NCBI GenBank assembly: GCA_028534125.1
Contig: CM052817.1
Location: 67,954,001 to 68,018,000 of the forward strand
Length of the DNA: 64,000 bases
From: Lama glama
Taxonomy: Eukaryota
Reading direction: 5' to 3'
Positions 12,875 to 24,060 of this stretch are shown piece by piece; the stretch's first letter is position 1; the number at the start of each line of letters is the position of its first letter. The notes beneath the pieces are model-generated. The model worked only from the letters and a program-made list of their open reading frames with translations. It was not told the origin of the DNA and did no database searches. The position numbers were made by a program, and so were the translations under genes.

Positions 12875-14990
12875 GAGTAATGTCAACAAAATTGTGGACT
12901 AGGAATCTCCAAGCCCTTACTTTCCCACAGAAACATCACACACACACACACACAAGCTAAAATAACCTTATAGGAGTGCTAGAATAAAGAAGTCAAAAGT
13001 CTACCAGCAACCAAGAGGACACCCAATCAAGAAAAAGCCACATTCAAAATGCTAGGAACCTTTGTGCTATTTTACTTGCCTTCGCTCCACCACCTCCTGG
13101 GCAAGGCAGAGTCTGGGGGAGGCACTGTTAGACTAGAAAAGGCCACATCTCAGTTTCCAACTCCTTCCTATGAGCTAGTGGGTCAGAGCAGATCTTATCT
13201 GCAACGTTCTAGCCTGTCTGGCATCTGCCTGAATGCCTAGTCTCTGTTTCATCCAACTTAGAGCTCAGGTGGGGAGAAGGAATGGGAGTCGGTCAAGAAA
13301 GCTACAAGGCAACTGAGACCAGTAGGTGTCCAGAGTAAGAGGTGACTGATGGAGACATACAACAGACCATCAGTAGCCCTGATGAGAAGCTGGGTGAGAC
13401 ACTGTGGAGAAGTGAAACATTCAAAAGCAGCCTTGTATGTGTGTGTGTTGAGGGTAGCGGGTGGGTGATTAAAAAATTACACACGGGCCTAGACCAAACT
13501 CATGCTTGGAAAAGTCCTTAAGTTTTCCACTCAGGCTTATCCCAAGGCCCAGAGCACACCTAGCTAATTAGTAAAGGACTACTCTAGCATGGAGCCAGTC
13601 TACAAAGACTGGGAGAGACTGCTATTTTTCCAAATGCTTGATTTTCAACAATAAAAAAAAAAATCACAAGGTACACAAAGAAACAGGAAAATACGGTCCA
13701 TTCCAAAGAAGAAAATAAACTGACAGAAAGCATCCCTAAAGAAGCACAGGAATCAGATTTACTAGACAAAACATTTAAAACTAGCTTACTCAACAACAAA
13801 ACACACAACCCAGTTACAAAATGAAGGACCTGAATGAACATTTCTCTGAAGGAGATGTACAAAAGACCAGTAGACATGAAAAGATGTTCAACATCAGTAA
13901 TCATTACAGAAATGCAAGTCAGCCACAATGACATGGTAAAACCTCACACTCATCAGGATTTCCACAAGTGTGCAGGTGAGGAATGAAGAAAGTAGAACTC
14001 TCATGCATTGCTGGTGGGAATGTAAAATGGTTCAGTGTGGAATGGTTTCTTGAAAAATCAAACACAGAATTACCATATCATCTAGTAATTTCACTTTGGG
14101 GTGCATACCCAAAATAAGTGAAAGCAGAGACTCAGACATACGTACGCCCATGTTCTTAGGCAGCGTTATTCACAAGAGGTGGAAGCAGCCCTAATATCCA
14201 CTGACAGATGAATGGTAGTATGGATCAAATATTTGTGCCCTCCTCCCAAGTTCATATGTTGAAATCCTAACCCCTACAATGTGATGGTATTAGGAGGTGG
14301 GTCTTTGGGGAGGTAATTAGGGCATGATGATGGACCCCTCATGAATGAGATTAGTGTCCTCATCAGAAGAGACACAAGAGCTGGCTCCCTCTCTGCTCTG
14401 CACCACGTGGGGATACAGCAAGGAGAGCCAGCTGCAAACCAGGAAGAAGATTTTGCCCAGGATCTACTGGACCCTTGATCTCTGATTCCCAGCGTAAGAA
14501 ATATATGTGTATTGTTTTAGCTACCCAGCCTAAGGTAGTTTGTTACAGCAGCCCAAACTGACTAAGACAAATGGAAAAACAAAGTATAGTACATACACAT
14601 GCAATGGAATATTATTCAGCCACAAAGGAATAATTTTGAGACATGCTACAACATGGATAAACCTTGAAAACATTATGCTAAGTGAAATAAGCCAGACACA
14701 AAAAAGACAAATTTTGTATGATTTCTCTTATATGAGGCACATAGAGGAGTCAGATTTACAGAGACAGAAAATTGAACAGTTGCTGCCAGAGTTGGGAGTA
14801 GAGGAAAATGGGGAGTTAGTGTTTAATGAGAATAGAATTTCAGTTTGGGAAACTTGAAAAATTTCTGGAAATGGATAATGGAGATGGTCACATAACATGT
14901 GAATGCACTAAATGCCACTGAACTATATACCTAAAAATTGTTAAAATGGTAAATTTTATGTCACATATAATCACAATCAAAATAAAAAAA
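12875..14990 (+). mobile_element. Old L1 (L1MB-like) keeping its 5' UTR/ORF1 start and 3' end, with a large internal deletion
   Basis: 5' UTR/ORF1 start up to ~13790 is joined to the ORF2 C-terminus and 3' UTR. TSD taatacctaagatgaa (12859-12874) / taaaacctaagttgaa (14991-15006). Confidence 0.85.
14216..14569 (+). mobile_element. MLT1A-type MaLR solo LTR inserted in L1
   Basis: 'ttcatatgttgaaatcctaacccc...tgttacagcagcccaaactgactaagaca' with a 5-bp TSD aatgg at 14211-14215 and 14570-14574. Confidence 0.9.
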
Positions 14991-15094
14991 TAAAACCTAA
15001 GTTGAAAATGTGGACTTTAACATATGTGATTTTAAGAAAAGTCAGTCCCTTTGCGTCCCCTTCTAAACATTACCTCCTGGAGCCCTTCCAATGT

Positions 15095-15400
15095 TTTTCA
15101 TTTATTTATACCTTCAACAAATATTTATTGAATATCAATCATGTGCCAGGTCCTGGTCTAGACACTGGAGATACACCAGTTTAGAAACAAAACAGGCGGG
15201 GAGGGGGAAGGGTATAGCTCAGTGGTAGAGCACATGCCTGGGTTCAATACCCAGTATCTCCATGAAAAAAAAATACCATTTCAATAAAAAAATGCAAATT
15301 TTAAAAATATATAAATAAACCTAATTATGCACACCCCGCCCTGAAAAAAAAATTAAAAACAAAAAACACCTCTGTGCTCTTGGGGCACTTGCATCATAGT
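15095..15400 (-). mobile_element. L2 3' end split by a SINE
   Basis: 'ttcaacaaatatttattgaatatcaatcatgtgccagg...actggagatacacc' resumes after the SINE as 'cctctgtgctcttggggcacttgcatc'. Confidence 0.7.
15197..15360 (+). mobile_element. tRNA-derived camelid-type SINE
   Basis: 'gggtatagctcagtggtagagcacatgcctgggttcaatacccagtatctcca' (Pol III A/B boxes) with A-rich linker and tail. Confidence 0.88.
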
Positions 15401-15514
15401 CGTCAGGAATTCCGGAGCTACTGGTGCGTGAAGTCAACCTCCACTGTGCTCTGGGGCAGTCAGCTCCGCACAGGCAAGGATTTTCATGGCAAAGATGTCA
15501 AATAATGGCCTTCA

Positions 15515-15625
15515 ATGTCAATTCAGTTGAGCATCTATAAGACGCCAGTCTTTGTGGAAGAACCGCAAAGAGCCCTGGAGGTAAAGATAAACATGGCTGG
15601 GCCCTGCCTCCTACAGGCGTCCTTG
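15515..15625 (-). mobile_element. L2 3' end relic
   Basis: 'attcagttgagcatctataagacgccag...ccctggaggtaaagataaacatggctgggccctgcc' resembles the antisense L2 tail. Confidence 0.5.
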
Positions 15626-15814
15626 CGAGTACAGCAGCAGGTGGAGAGCATCTCCACGGAGCACTCCATGCCTGTGGACGGGGAGGACTCTGTTGGCCAG
15701 TCACAGTATTTTCAGGCCAAGGTACAGAACTTCCCAAAGGCCCTGCTTTCACCTCCAGGTAGGCTGTGATGTCCCTTGTCTATTTGCAGCTTAGGAAATT
15801 ATAAGCTTAGTAAA

Positions 15815-16030
15815 GATATTAATAATCACTAACCTTTATAGAGAATTTCCCCGTGGGCCAAAGACTGATCTAAGTGCCTTATGTGGATTAACTTTCATTC
15901 CTCATTAATCACCATTTAAGGGAAGTCCTGTTATTAGCTCCATTTTATAGTTGAGAAAATTGAGACAAAGAACTGAAATCATTTTCTCCAGATCGCAGAG
16001 CTGAGACGTGACTCCAGAGCCTGGCTGAAA
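15815..16030 (-). mobile_element. MIR SINE
   Basis: 'ctgttattagctccattttatagttgagaaaattgagacaaaga...tccagatcgcagagc'. Confidence 0.8.
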
Positions 16031-17184
16031 GGAAGGCGGATGCGAGGAATTCTCTTTTATCTGGATCTCTGGCCGACCAATCAAAACAGCCATAGGTTCA
16101 GCAGCTCAGCCCTTTGCCCAGCTGTCTATTTATGACTAGAGCTCCCAGGGGGCCACATGTATAATTACCCTCATCCAGGACTGCCAGTGGAGTCCTGTGG
16201 GTTGTGTCTGGGCTCCATTAAGAAATACTGCCCCCTCTTCCTTTGTTCCCTGGCAAAGGGATCTGGGTCAGAGAGAGGGAGAGGGGAAGGGAAAGACAAA
16301 ATGTCTCAGATCCAATGACACCACTTAGAACACTGAGTTTACATCACATCCACCTAAGCTCCAGGTGGGCCTTGCATGTCTGACTCTCTAAGAGAGCTGG
16401 CGGAAAACAGCACCCCGTGATGTGGTGTCACAACACCTGGGACCCTGCTCTAGTCAGTGCTTCCAGCTCTGAATGACAAAAGCCAAACAGTGTGGGTGTA
16501 GGTGGGCGTGCGTCTGGTTCCAAGCACACGCCAGCAGCTGATGTCACAGAGCCTCGCCTACCCCTTGGTATATTAAATGATGAATCACCCGCTCTCATGG
16601 TAACCATTCATAACCAGAATGTGAGCAGAGGGAAAACCCCCAGGGCTGCACAGAATGACACTCTGAAACGGAAGGACAGAAAGACGCCCAGAAGCCGCTC
16701 TCTGAATCTCATCATGAGATCTTTCAGAGAAAAGAGGGCTGTTCAGCTCTGAGTCACTATTAATGTGAGCCATCTGGAAACAGAAAGAATGACTCAAGAG
16801 AGCCCTGCCATCCTGGAAATGGGGTCATAGAGTAGGGGGTGGGGAAGGGCTGTGGGTGAGGCTGTCAGAGGGAGGAAGCAAGACAGGAGAACCACGTTTG
16901 CTCAAAGTCGATGCTCTAGCTCAAGTATTCCATGATGAGCACGGTACCCCCAGAAGGGCCAAGACTTAAAAGTGGCAGAGGTCCATCTACCTCAGAGTTG
17001 CACACAGACTGAGCCCAGAAATGAAAGAACTTGACCTTACAATGGGGTGTTGTACAGCATCTACATTTGATCATCAGAGAGAGGAAAACTGAACCGGGCT
17101 AAGGCCAGAAAAACCCTCCACCTGCTTTCTCTTAAATCATATACGTGGATTTAATGTACCAGTTACGGCTGTCAGGATTACTGA

Positions 17185-17332
17185 GGGAGCTGGGGAGGGA
17201 AGAAGTGGTGGGAAAGGAGAAGGGCTGAGGGGGGAAGGGTGAGAGAGGGAGGGAGGAGGGAGAGAGGGGGGAGGGAGGAAGGAGAGTGCGGGGAGGGGGA
17301 GAGAGGGGGAGGGGGGAGAGAGGTGTGTGTAG
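17185..17332. repeat. G/A-rich low-complexity polypurine tract
   Basis: Irregular (GGGA/GGAGA)n runs with many GGG tracts. Confidence 0.9.
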
Positions 17333-17599
17333 AGAGATACATCTCCTTTTACCCACTAGGAAGACAGAAAATTAAAACTTCCCATTAGGAAAAGCGTTCC
17401 TCTCCATCCTTCCCTCTCCGCCCTCTTTCTCTCACTCTCTCCACTCTGTTTGAAAATGTTGTGAAGTCTGGCTTGCCAGTAGAAAAGCTGTTGGAGAAAC
17501 CCCTCCTTGGTACTGACTAGATCTCCTAGAAAATGTGTCACCGATGGTCTTCTTGGGACCCGGGGGAAAGACTCACTTGCTGTAAGAGGACGAGCCTGG

Positions 17600-17800
17600 T
17601 CTCAAAAGAAAGACCATGAGCTTTTCAGTCAGACAGATCTGGCTTCAGATTCTGATTCTGCCAGGTCTGAACTCAGACAAGTTACTTGGCCTTTCTGAGC
17701 CTTACTGCCCTCCCTCAGAGAGAGGGCTCATGACGGCTATCTTGCAGATGAATTACCAGAATTAAATGAGAGGATGTTTGTGAAGCACAATACGTCATCT
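17600..17800 (+). mobile_element. MIR SINE
   Basis: 'agtcagacagatctggcttcagattctgattctgcc...caagttacttggcctttctgagcct...attaaatgagaggatgtttgtgaagcac'. Confidence 0.8.
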
Positions 17801-18567
17801 TTATTTTGGAAGTTTATTTCTGAGACCAAATAAAGCCTCGTTCGCCTTCCTTTCCTGCCCCGCATTCCACGCCACCAAAGAACACTCAGAACCAAATAGA
17901 AAGCTTAGCCTAGACTTAATATATTCACACTTCGTGTGTTTCTGGTTTGTTCATATCTTTCCCCACTAGGAAAAATTAAGTGTGATACAGGAGGAAAGAG
18001 AGACGGGGCTGAGCACACCTCTATTTCACTGTGTAGGTTCTGTTCCGGGGTGCTCTGCCTGAAGCCTCTCAGGTTGCCAGTTTTCCTCTTGGGATGTGGA
18101 GGACAAACTGGACTGACCAGGGCATTCATTTCCAGCATAGATTAACCCCTTCGCATTTTCATTTGACTTCTCCCCAAATAGGCCTGAGCACATTCACACC
18201 ACTACAAAGTCGCACCAACATCCTCCTGAGCCCTGGGAGGGCTGGACCACCATCACAAAGAGCCTCCAGCACTTTTTGGACAAGATGAAAACTGTCTGAT
18301 ATCAATCATCTCCTTGAAACACCATAGCAACTGTTACCTACAATTATGTCACTTACAGGTAGAGAAGCACACGGTCTACTGGTACGGATAATCCCGTATT
18401 TTTTTTATACTTAATTTGTAAGGGCAAAATGGAAATGAAACACAATGGCAGAGGGAGGGAGATCACACTCCTGGTTCTCTGAAAACGGTAGCATGGAGTC
18501 AAGGGCCTGGAACACACAGAGCCGTAAAGCTAATAACCTGTTTCATTTTCTAAGAGTTGATGACAGC

Positions 18568-19573
18568 CAGGGCGGGTTTCATGCGCATGAAACCAGCGCA
18601 GTCACATAAGGTTCCAACTTCAGATAGTCCCCTACTTAGGGTTTAATGCTCTCGCCGTCATTCTTTTGAAAGTCTTAAAAACTTTCTTTATGTACTTTTT
18701 GTAAATGAAGTCTGATGGGACAATGGCAAATGAGCTGAGGCTTGCAGCCTGGCTCATGCCACATCCCATGGATGGTACTGGTGCCCAGGCTCCACCCAGC
18801 CTCCCGCCTGCCCTGTGACCGCAGCTGCTCTCCATCCCAGGCAGGGTGTGGAGGAGGATTTGGGTCAGCCAAGCATGCCAGGTGGCATCTCAGGGCAGAA
18901 CACGAATGAGGCTGGCAGCATCTCAGCAAGGGAGGCTCCTCACACATTCATCCCTGATCCAGGTACCACGCTGCTACCAGAGTGGAGGCTTAAAGATTCT
19001 TGGGTACTCTCCTGGGTGTCACTGCAGAAAGATGCTCCTAGCTCAATTTCCCCAGACCCAGCCCTCAGCCAAGGCACAGCCCAGAGATCTGGCTGCTGGT
19101 AGGAAGCCAAACAGGTCTGTGTGGCACAGCATGGCCCTCGGGTACCTGTGAGGATCTACACCTGCCCCTCCTGTATCCCTGTGAACTGGGAGGAACCCTC
19201 TCGCCCTCCTTCCAATCTTCCTGAGTCTGGAATGTGTTTCCCTTAATTGGCCAGTTTGAAGAACTCGTTGAAGGAATGAGCCACAAAATTCAAACTGTAT
19301 AATTTCAGTGATTCTGCATGAGTAAGATACTCGGATATTTGCATTTGAAATGAGCATTGTGCAATATAAAGTTCAATGGTAAAATTCATGGTAATAATTC
19401 CAGATTTTCATTCTTCTTAACTCAGAACAACAGTAACAGCAAATTGAAAACAACTTGCCAAGTCATGGAAGTTCATATGAACCCTTTATGGGCAATTCTT
19501 TTCCTATTTATTTTAACTCTGGAACCCCACATTTTCATGTTACACCAAGTCCAACAAATTACGTAGCCACTCT
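18568..19573 (+). mobile_element. hAT-Tip100 element with MER91A/Zaphod-like ends, ~1 kb
   Basis: Left end 'cagggcgggtttcatgcgcatg...gcagtcacataagg...gtttaatgctctcgccgtcattcttttgaaagtcttaa' and right end 'ccccacattttcatgttacaccaagtccaacaaattacgtagcc' match recalled MER91A termini. Confidence 0.7.
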
Positions 19574-19649
19574 CATTAGCTCATTCAGTTAATAAAGATG
19601 TACTGAAGTCCTTTTACGTGTAAGTATAATTCATCCTAAGATCTCCTTA

Positions 19650-20050
19650 GAAAAAGTACTTTTCTACTGATCTTGGAGAGTCTCCCAGAGAGACAAGAGG
19701 TAACTGGGACTTCCCCTGGGGACACAGATGCTGGCGGCAGCCATTTTGGGGAGCTCGTTCTACCATGAGGATGCTGGTGCTGGCAAGTGCCATTTTGGAT
19801 TCCTTCCTCTAGCCTATTACCCCTGAGGGACTCACCTGCTCATCAACTGGTGCTGATCAGCTAGGTGCTGACCTAGGATCATCTGAGACCCACAGCCAGC
19901 TGCCCTGGGACCCCCATGGGTCCACAGGCAGCCATTCCAGGACCCAGCCCCTCCCACCAGCAGGCCTGAAGCAGTCCCTAAAGGTGAAAATAGATGCTCT
20001 CCTGCCCTTCACAGAAAAGGTCTGCCAAGCCCTGAGTTAAATCATCAGGT
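19650..20050 (+). mobile_element. L1 5' UTR fragment
   Basis: 'tgatcttggagagtctcccagagag...ggcggcagccattttggggagctcgttctacc...gccattttggattcc' is typical of old L1 5' ends. Confidence 0.7.
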
Positions 20051-20067
20051 GTCAAGAAAGCTGGAGA

Positions 20068-20421
20068 CGCTTCTATTCAATGTGGTAATGAAAGTCCTAG
20101 CCACAGAAATCAGACAATATAAAGAGAAAAAAGGGATCCACATTGGAAGAGAAGAGGTAAAATTGTCACTATATGCAGATGACATGATCCTATATATAGA
20201 AAACCCTAAAGACGCCACACAAAAAATACTAGAGCTGATAAATGAATTAAGCTAAGTAGTAGGACATAAGATTAACATACAGAAATCTGTTGCATTTCCT
20301 TACACCGACAATGAAATATCACAAAAGGAAAAAAAAATCCCTTTTAAAATTGCAGCCAAAAAAAAAAAAAAAACTTAGGGATAAACCTTACCAAGGAGGT
20401 GAAAGACTTACGCACAGAAAA
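20068..20421 (+). mobile_element. L1 ORF2 RT fragment
   Basis: ORF 20049-20255 contains [11 protein letters not shown]...[18 protein letters not shown] (YADD motif). Confidence 0.93.
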
Positions 20422-21065
20422 CCAACACCATTTATTGAAGAGGCTGCTTTTTCCCCATTCCATATTCTTGCCTCCATTCTCATAGATTATTGACCATATA
20501 AATGTAGGTTCACCCTGGGCCCTCTATTCTGTTCCATTGATTTGTGCATGCGTGCATGAGTGTGTGTGTCACACTGTTTTGATTACTGCAGCTTTGTAGT
20601 ATAGTTTGAAGTCAGGGCACATGATACCTTCAGCTTTGTTCCTTTCTCTCAAGATTGTCTATTTGGGGTCTTTTGTGCTTCCATACAAATTTTAGGATTA
20701 TTTGTTCTAGTTGTGTGAAAAATACCATTAGTATTTTGATAGGGATTGCACTGCATCTGCTGATTACCTTGGATAGTATGGTCATTTTAACAATACTAAT
20801 TCTTCCAATCAGTGAGTATGGTGTATCTTTTCATTTGCTTGTGTCATCTTCAGTCTCTTTCTTCAGTGTCTTACAGTTCTCCTAGTATAAATCTTTTCCC
20901 TCTTTAGTTAGATTTATTGTTAAATATTTTATTTTTTGATGCAATTGTTAATAGGATTGCTTTCTTAATTTCTCTTTCTGATAGTTTGTTGTTAGTGTAT
21001 ACAGATACAACAGATTTCTACATATTAATTTTTCATCCTCCAACTATATTGAATTCATTGATGAG
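20422..21065 (-). mobile_element. L1 ORF2 fragment, antisense
   Basis: 'caacaccatttattgaagag...gattactgcagctttgtagtatagtttgaagtcagg...gatgcaattg...tgaattcattgatgag'. Confidence 0.93.
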
Positions 21066-21237
21066 AACTTGAAGTCCTTGTGCATTGCTGGTAGGAATGT
21101 AAAATGGCACAGCCACTGTGGAAAACAGTATGACAGGTCCTCAAAACGCTAAACATTAGACTATCATGTGGCCTAGCAATGATGCTCTTAGATATATACC
21201 TAGAAGAATATCAAACATATTCATACACCAATGTTCA
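21066..21237 (+). mobile_element. L1 ORF2 3' fragment running into a gap
   Basis: 'tgcattgctggtaggaatgtaaaatggcacagccactgtggaaaacagt'. Confidence 0.85.
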
Positions 21238-21737
21238 NNNNNNNNNNNNNNNNNNNNNNNNNNNNNNNNNNNNNNNNNNNNNNNNNNNNNNNNNNNNNNN
21301 NNNNNNNNNNNNNNNNNNNNNNNNNNNNNNNNNNNNNNNNNNNNNNNNNNNNNNNNNNNNNNNNNNNNNNNNNNNNNNNNNNNNNNNNNNNNNNNNNNNN
21401 NNNNNNNNNNNNNNNNNNNNNNNNNNNNNNNNNNNNNNNNNNNNNNNNNNNNNNNNNNNNNNNNNNNNNNNNNNNNNNNNNNNNNNNNNNNNNNNNNNNN
21501 NNNNNNNNNNNNNNNNNNNNNNNNNNNNNNNNNNNNNNNNNNNNNNNNNNNNNNNNNNNNNNNNNNNNNNNNNNNNNNNNNNNNNNNNNNNNNNNNNNNN
21601 NNNNNNNNNNNNNNNNNNNNNNNNNNNNNNNNNNNNNNNNNNNNNNNNNNNNNNNNNNNNNNNNNNNNNNNNNNNNNNNNNNNNNNNNNNNNNNNNNNNN
21701 NNNNNNNNNNNNNNNNNNNNNNNNNNNNNNNNNNNNN
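21238..21737. other. Assembly gap (500 N)
   Basis: Run of exactly 500 N. Confidence 1.
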
Positions 21738-21826
21738 TGTGCTGTACACCAGAAACTGACAACATTGTAAACTGACTATACTTCAATTAAAAAAAATTGA
21801 AAAAAAGAAAAAAAGAATAAAATAAA
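21738..21826 (+). mobile_element. Young L1 extreme 3' end and poly(A)
   Basis: 'gctgtacaccagaaactgacaacattgtaaactgactatacttcaattaaaaaaa'. Confidence 0.88.
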
Positions 21827-21829
21827 ATT

Positions 21830-23030
21830 CCCAATTTATTTTAAACAAAATGCAATCAAAATATAAAGACATTTTCTCCAAAAAGTTTAGAATCACTGCA
21901 AGTATATTAGGCTGATTTACAAAGGGTCCTTCAAAGATTCAGGCATTTCTAAAATCCAATCGGTGATGAGCAGTGAAGAGAAGAAACGTAAGTTCTGACA
22001 CGAAAAAGTAGCTTTCTGTATTCAACATCATCCACATCATAAAAATTTATAATGACTCTGAATACATAAAAATAGGGGAAAGGTATTACTCAGTGGTAAA
22101 GTATGTGTTTAACATGCACAAGGTCCTGGGTTCAATCCCCAGTACCTCCATATAAACAAACAAACAAATCTAATTACCACCTCCCCAACAAAGGAAAAAA
22201 AAATAACAAAAATATATGTAATTAATAGAATAACACACCTTGTTTAGCTGCAACTATAATGTATGTGTGCACCACAATCAGTCCAAGTAGAATTCAGCTT
22301 CATAATTTCTTAATTGAGTATAAAAATAGTAATTATTACCTCATGCCTATGTTTCACCAAAATCTGTATTTATCTCATCACAAAATAATTTATCGTTCAA
22401 AGCTGAACTTCTTTTTAAACTAAATTTGCAAACTATCAGTCACAATCATGCCAATCAAATGAACTTTCAAAAAGTTTGCTCTGAATACATGATTTATCTT
22501 TTTTAAAGGATTATTATTGGAATTAACAGATTTTCTATTTCAGGCGTCTGATAACACTGATACAAAACCGGCATCATTTCACTGACTGAGAATTTTTCTT
22601 CTGCTAATGGAGCATAGTTATCACTTCACTTTCGTACATGCACTAGAAAACCTGGAGGTGAACATGAGCAGAACAGTCATTTGATCAAATGACAAGTTCA
22701 CAGTGATAAATGCACTTACTGCCTCCACACACGTCAGACTGGAGCTATACACAGTTTTCTTATAAACACTAAGTTTTGAAATACATCATTTTTCAGGGAT
22801 TTCTGTCTTCTGGTTTTCCTTAGGTTAGTGATATTTTGTTTAATTGTTTAATTATTCTGTTGGTCAATCAATAACTTTCTTGAGAAACAACAGTCAGCAC
22901 TTCATTTTTCACTGAACATGTGCTTTTGATTTTTTTGAACTCATAACTCCTGAAAGGGTTTATTGCCAAATAAAAGGCTATTAAATAATAAAATAAATAT
23001 AGATTTATGACAGCCAATAAGCGAAAAAAC
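21830..23030 (-). mobile_element. Fossil hAT (Blackjack-like) transposase coding fragment
   Basis: Minus-strand translation with frameshifts gives FCDEINTDFG (degenerate D-N-T-N catalytic block), CGAHIH (CxxH motif) and VEYRKLL..T.F.SLLI.DWILEM.E.LK..FVNQP..AVILNF. Confidence 0.75.
22075..22208 (+). mobile_element. tRNA-derived camelid-type SINE inserted in the hAT fossil
   Basis: 'ggtattactcagtggtaaagtatgtgtttaacatgcacaaggtcctgggttcaatccccagtacctcca...ctaattacc'. Confidence 0.9.
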
Positions 23031-23499
23031 CATGGTAGTGGGACTTCTCTCTTTATGTGCTACAGCAAGACCACCCAGCTTCTATTTTCTGCTCATTATT
23101 TCATGTCCATTTAACCTCTATCGTCCCTTGTTTTCCACTGACCAGGACCGTTTCCTGCACCTCACAGGCTGGCACCATTGCATCAGTAGGTTTTATGTAC
23201 TTCTCCCACCACTCGAGACCTAAAGGACTTCGATGTAGTCACCCACTGGGCTGCTTTATCATGAAGGCCGTGTGTGCTGCCCTTGAAAGGGAGGTGCCTT
23301 TCAGACTCAACCACATGTTAAGGTGAGAATTCTGTTTACTGACATATACCTCAAACACTCGAAGAAGAGCCCATGGGAGAAGCTAGAAGTAATAAAGTGA
23401 AGTTCTTAATTTGTTAAAAAAATGAGAAATCTAAGACAAATGCTAAAATGGACACAACAATACAAGAGGCAAATCACACTATTTGGTTATCCAACTTCG

Positions 23500-24060
23500 A
23501 ATCTTTTACCCCTGAAACCAGAGTGATGTTTCTGAAATGCAGATTTGATCTTGTCCCTCCTCTATGTCCCTCTCTTCAGTGGCTCCTTATGAGAGAAGGT
23601 TCCAACACCTTGGTATGGCCCTCATGATAGGCACCCTCCTCATCTTTCACCAACCCCATCTCACGGGGTAGAGTCCACTTGCTCAGGATAAGGAGAAAGG
23701 TGGAGGTACAGGGAGCACGACCTCAGGTTACTGGTTCAGTAAAGGGTCCCGCCACAATTTCCTTCCCAGAACTAAGCTCTTTCACCCTGGTTGGCTGACT
23801 CTTCCCTTCCTTCATGTATCAACCTAAAGGTCACTTCCATAGGGAAGACTTGTCCTTCTGAACCCTGAGTCTGAGTCTCCTCCTGTCTGCTCCCACTGTG
23901 CCCTGCTCTTCCCCATCATAACACTTCCTGTCCCCTGTTATAATTACCTGTTTTCTTCTCCCATTCCCTTATTGAACCACAATGGTCAAGAAGCTGGGCA
24001 CATGTCTTATCTACCATATTACTAACATAAGATACAGTAACTAATACTTAGCCCTTAAAA
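23500..24060 (+). mobile_element. L2 relic
   Basis: 'ccagagtgatgtttctgaaatgcagatttgatcttgtccctcc...cagtggctcc...aaggtcacttccatagggaagact'. Confidence 0.7.

Noticed and set aside
15515..15769. Protein-looking 84-aa ORF ending at a CAG|GTAGG donor
   Set aside because: The 5' half resembles an antisense L2 tail, there is an in-frame stop just upstream, no good acceptor, and no recognisable homology.
16693..16740. Hairpin as a pre-miRNA
   Set aside because: Stem too short and bulged for a canonical pre-miRNA.
21156..21786. Long ORFs across 21.2-21.8 kb and 36.7-37.4 kb
   Set aside because: Artefacts of translating through N gaps.
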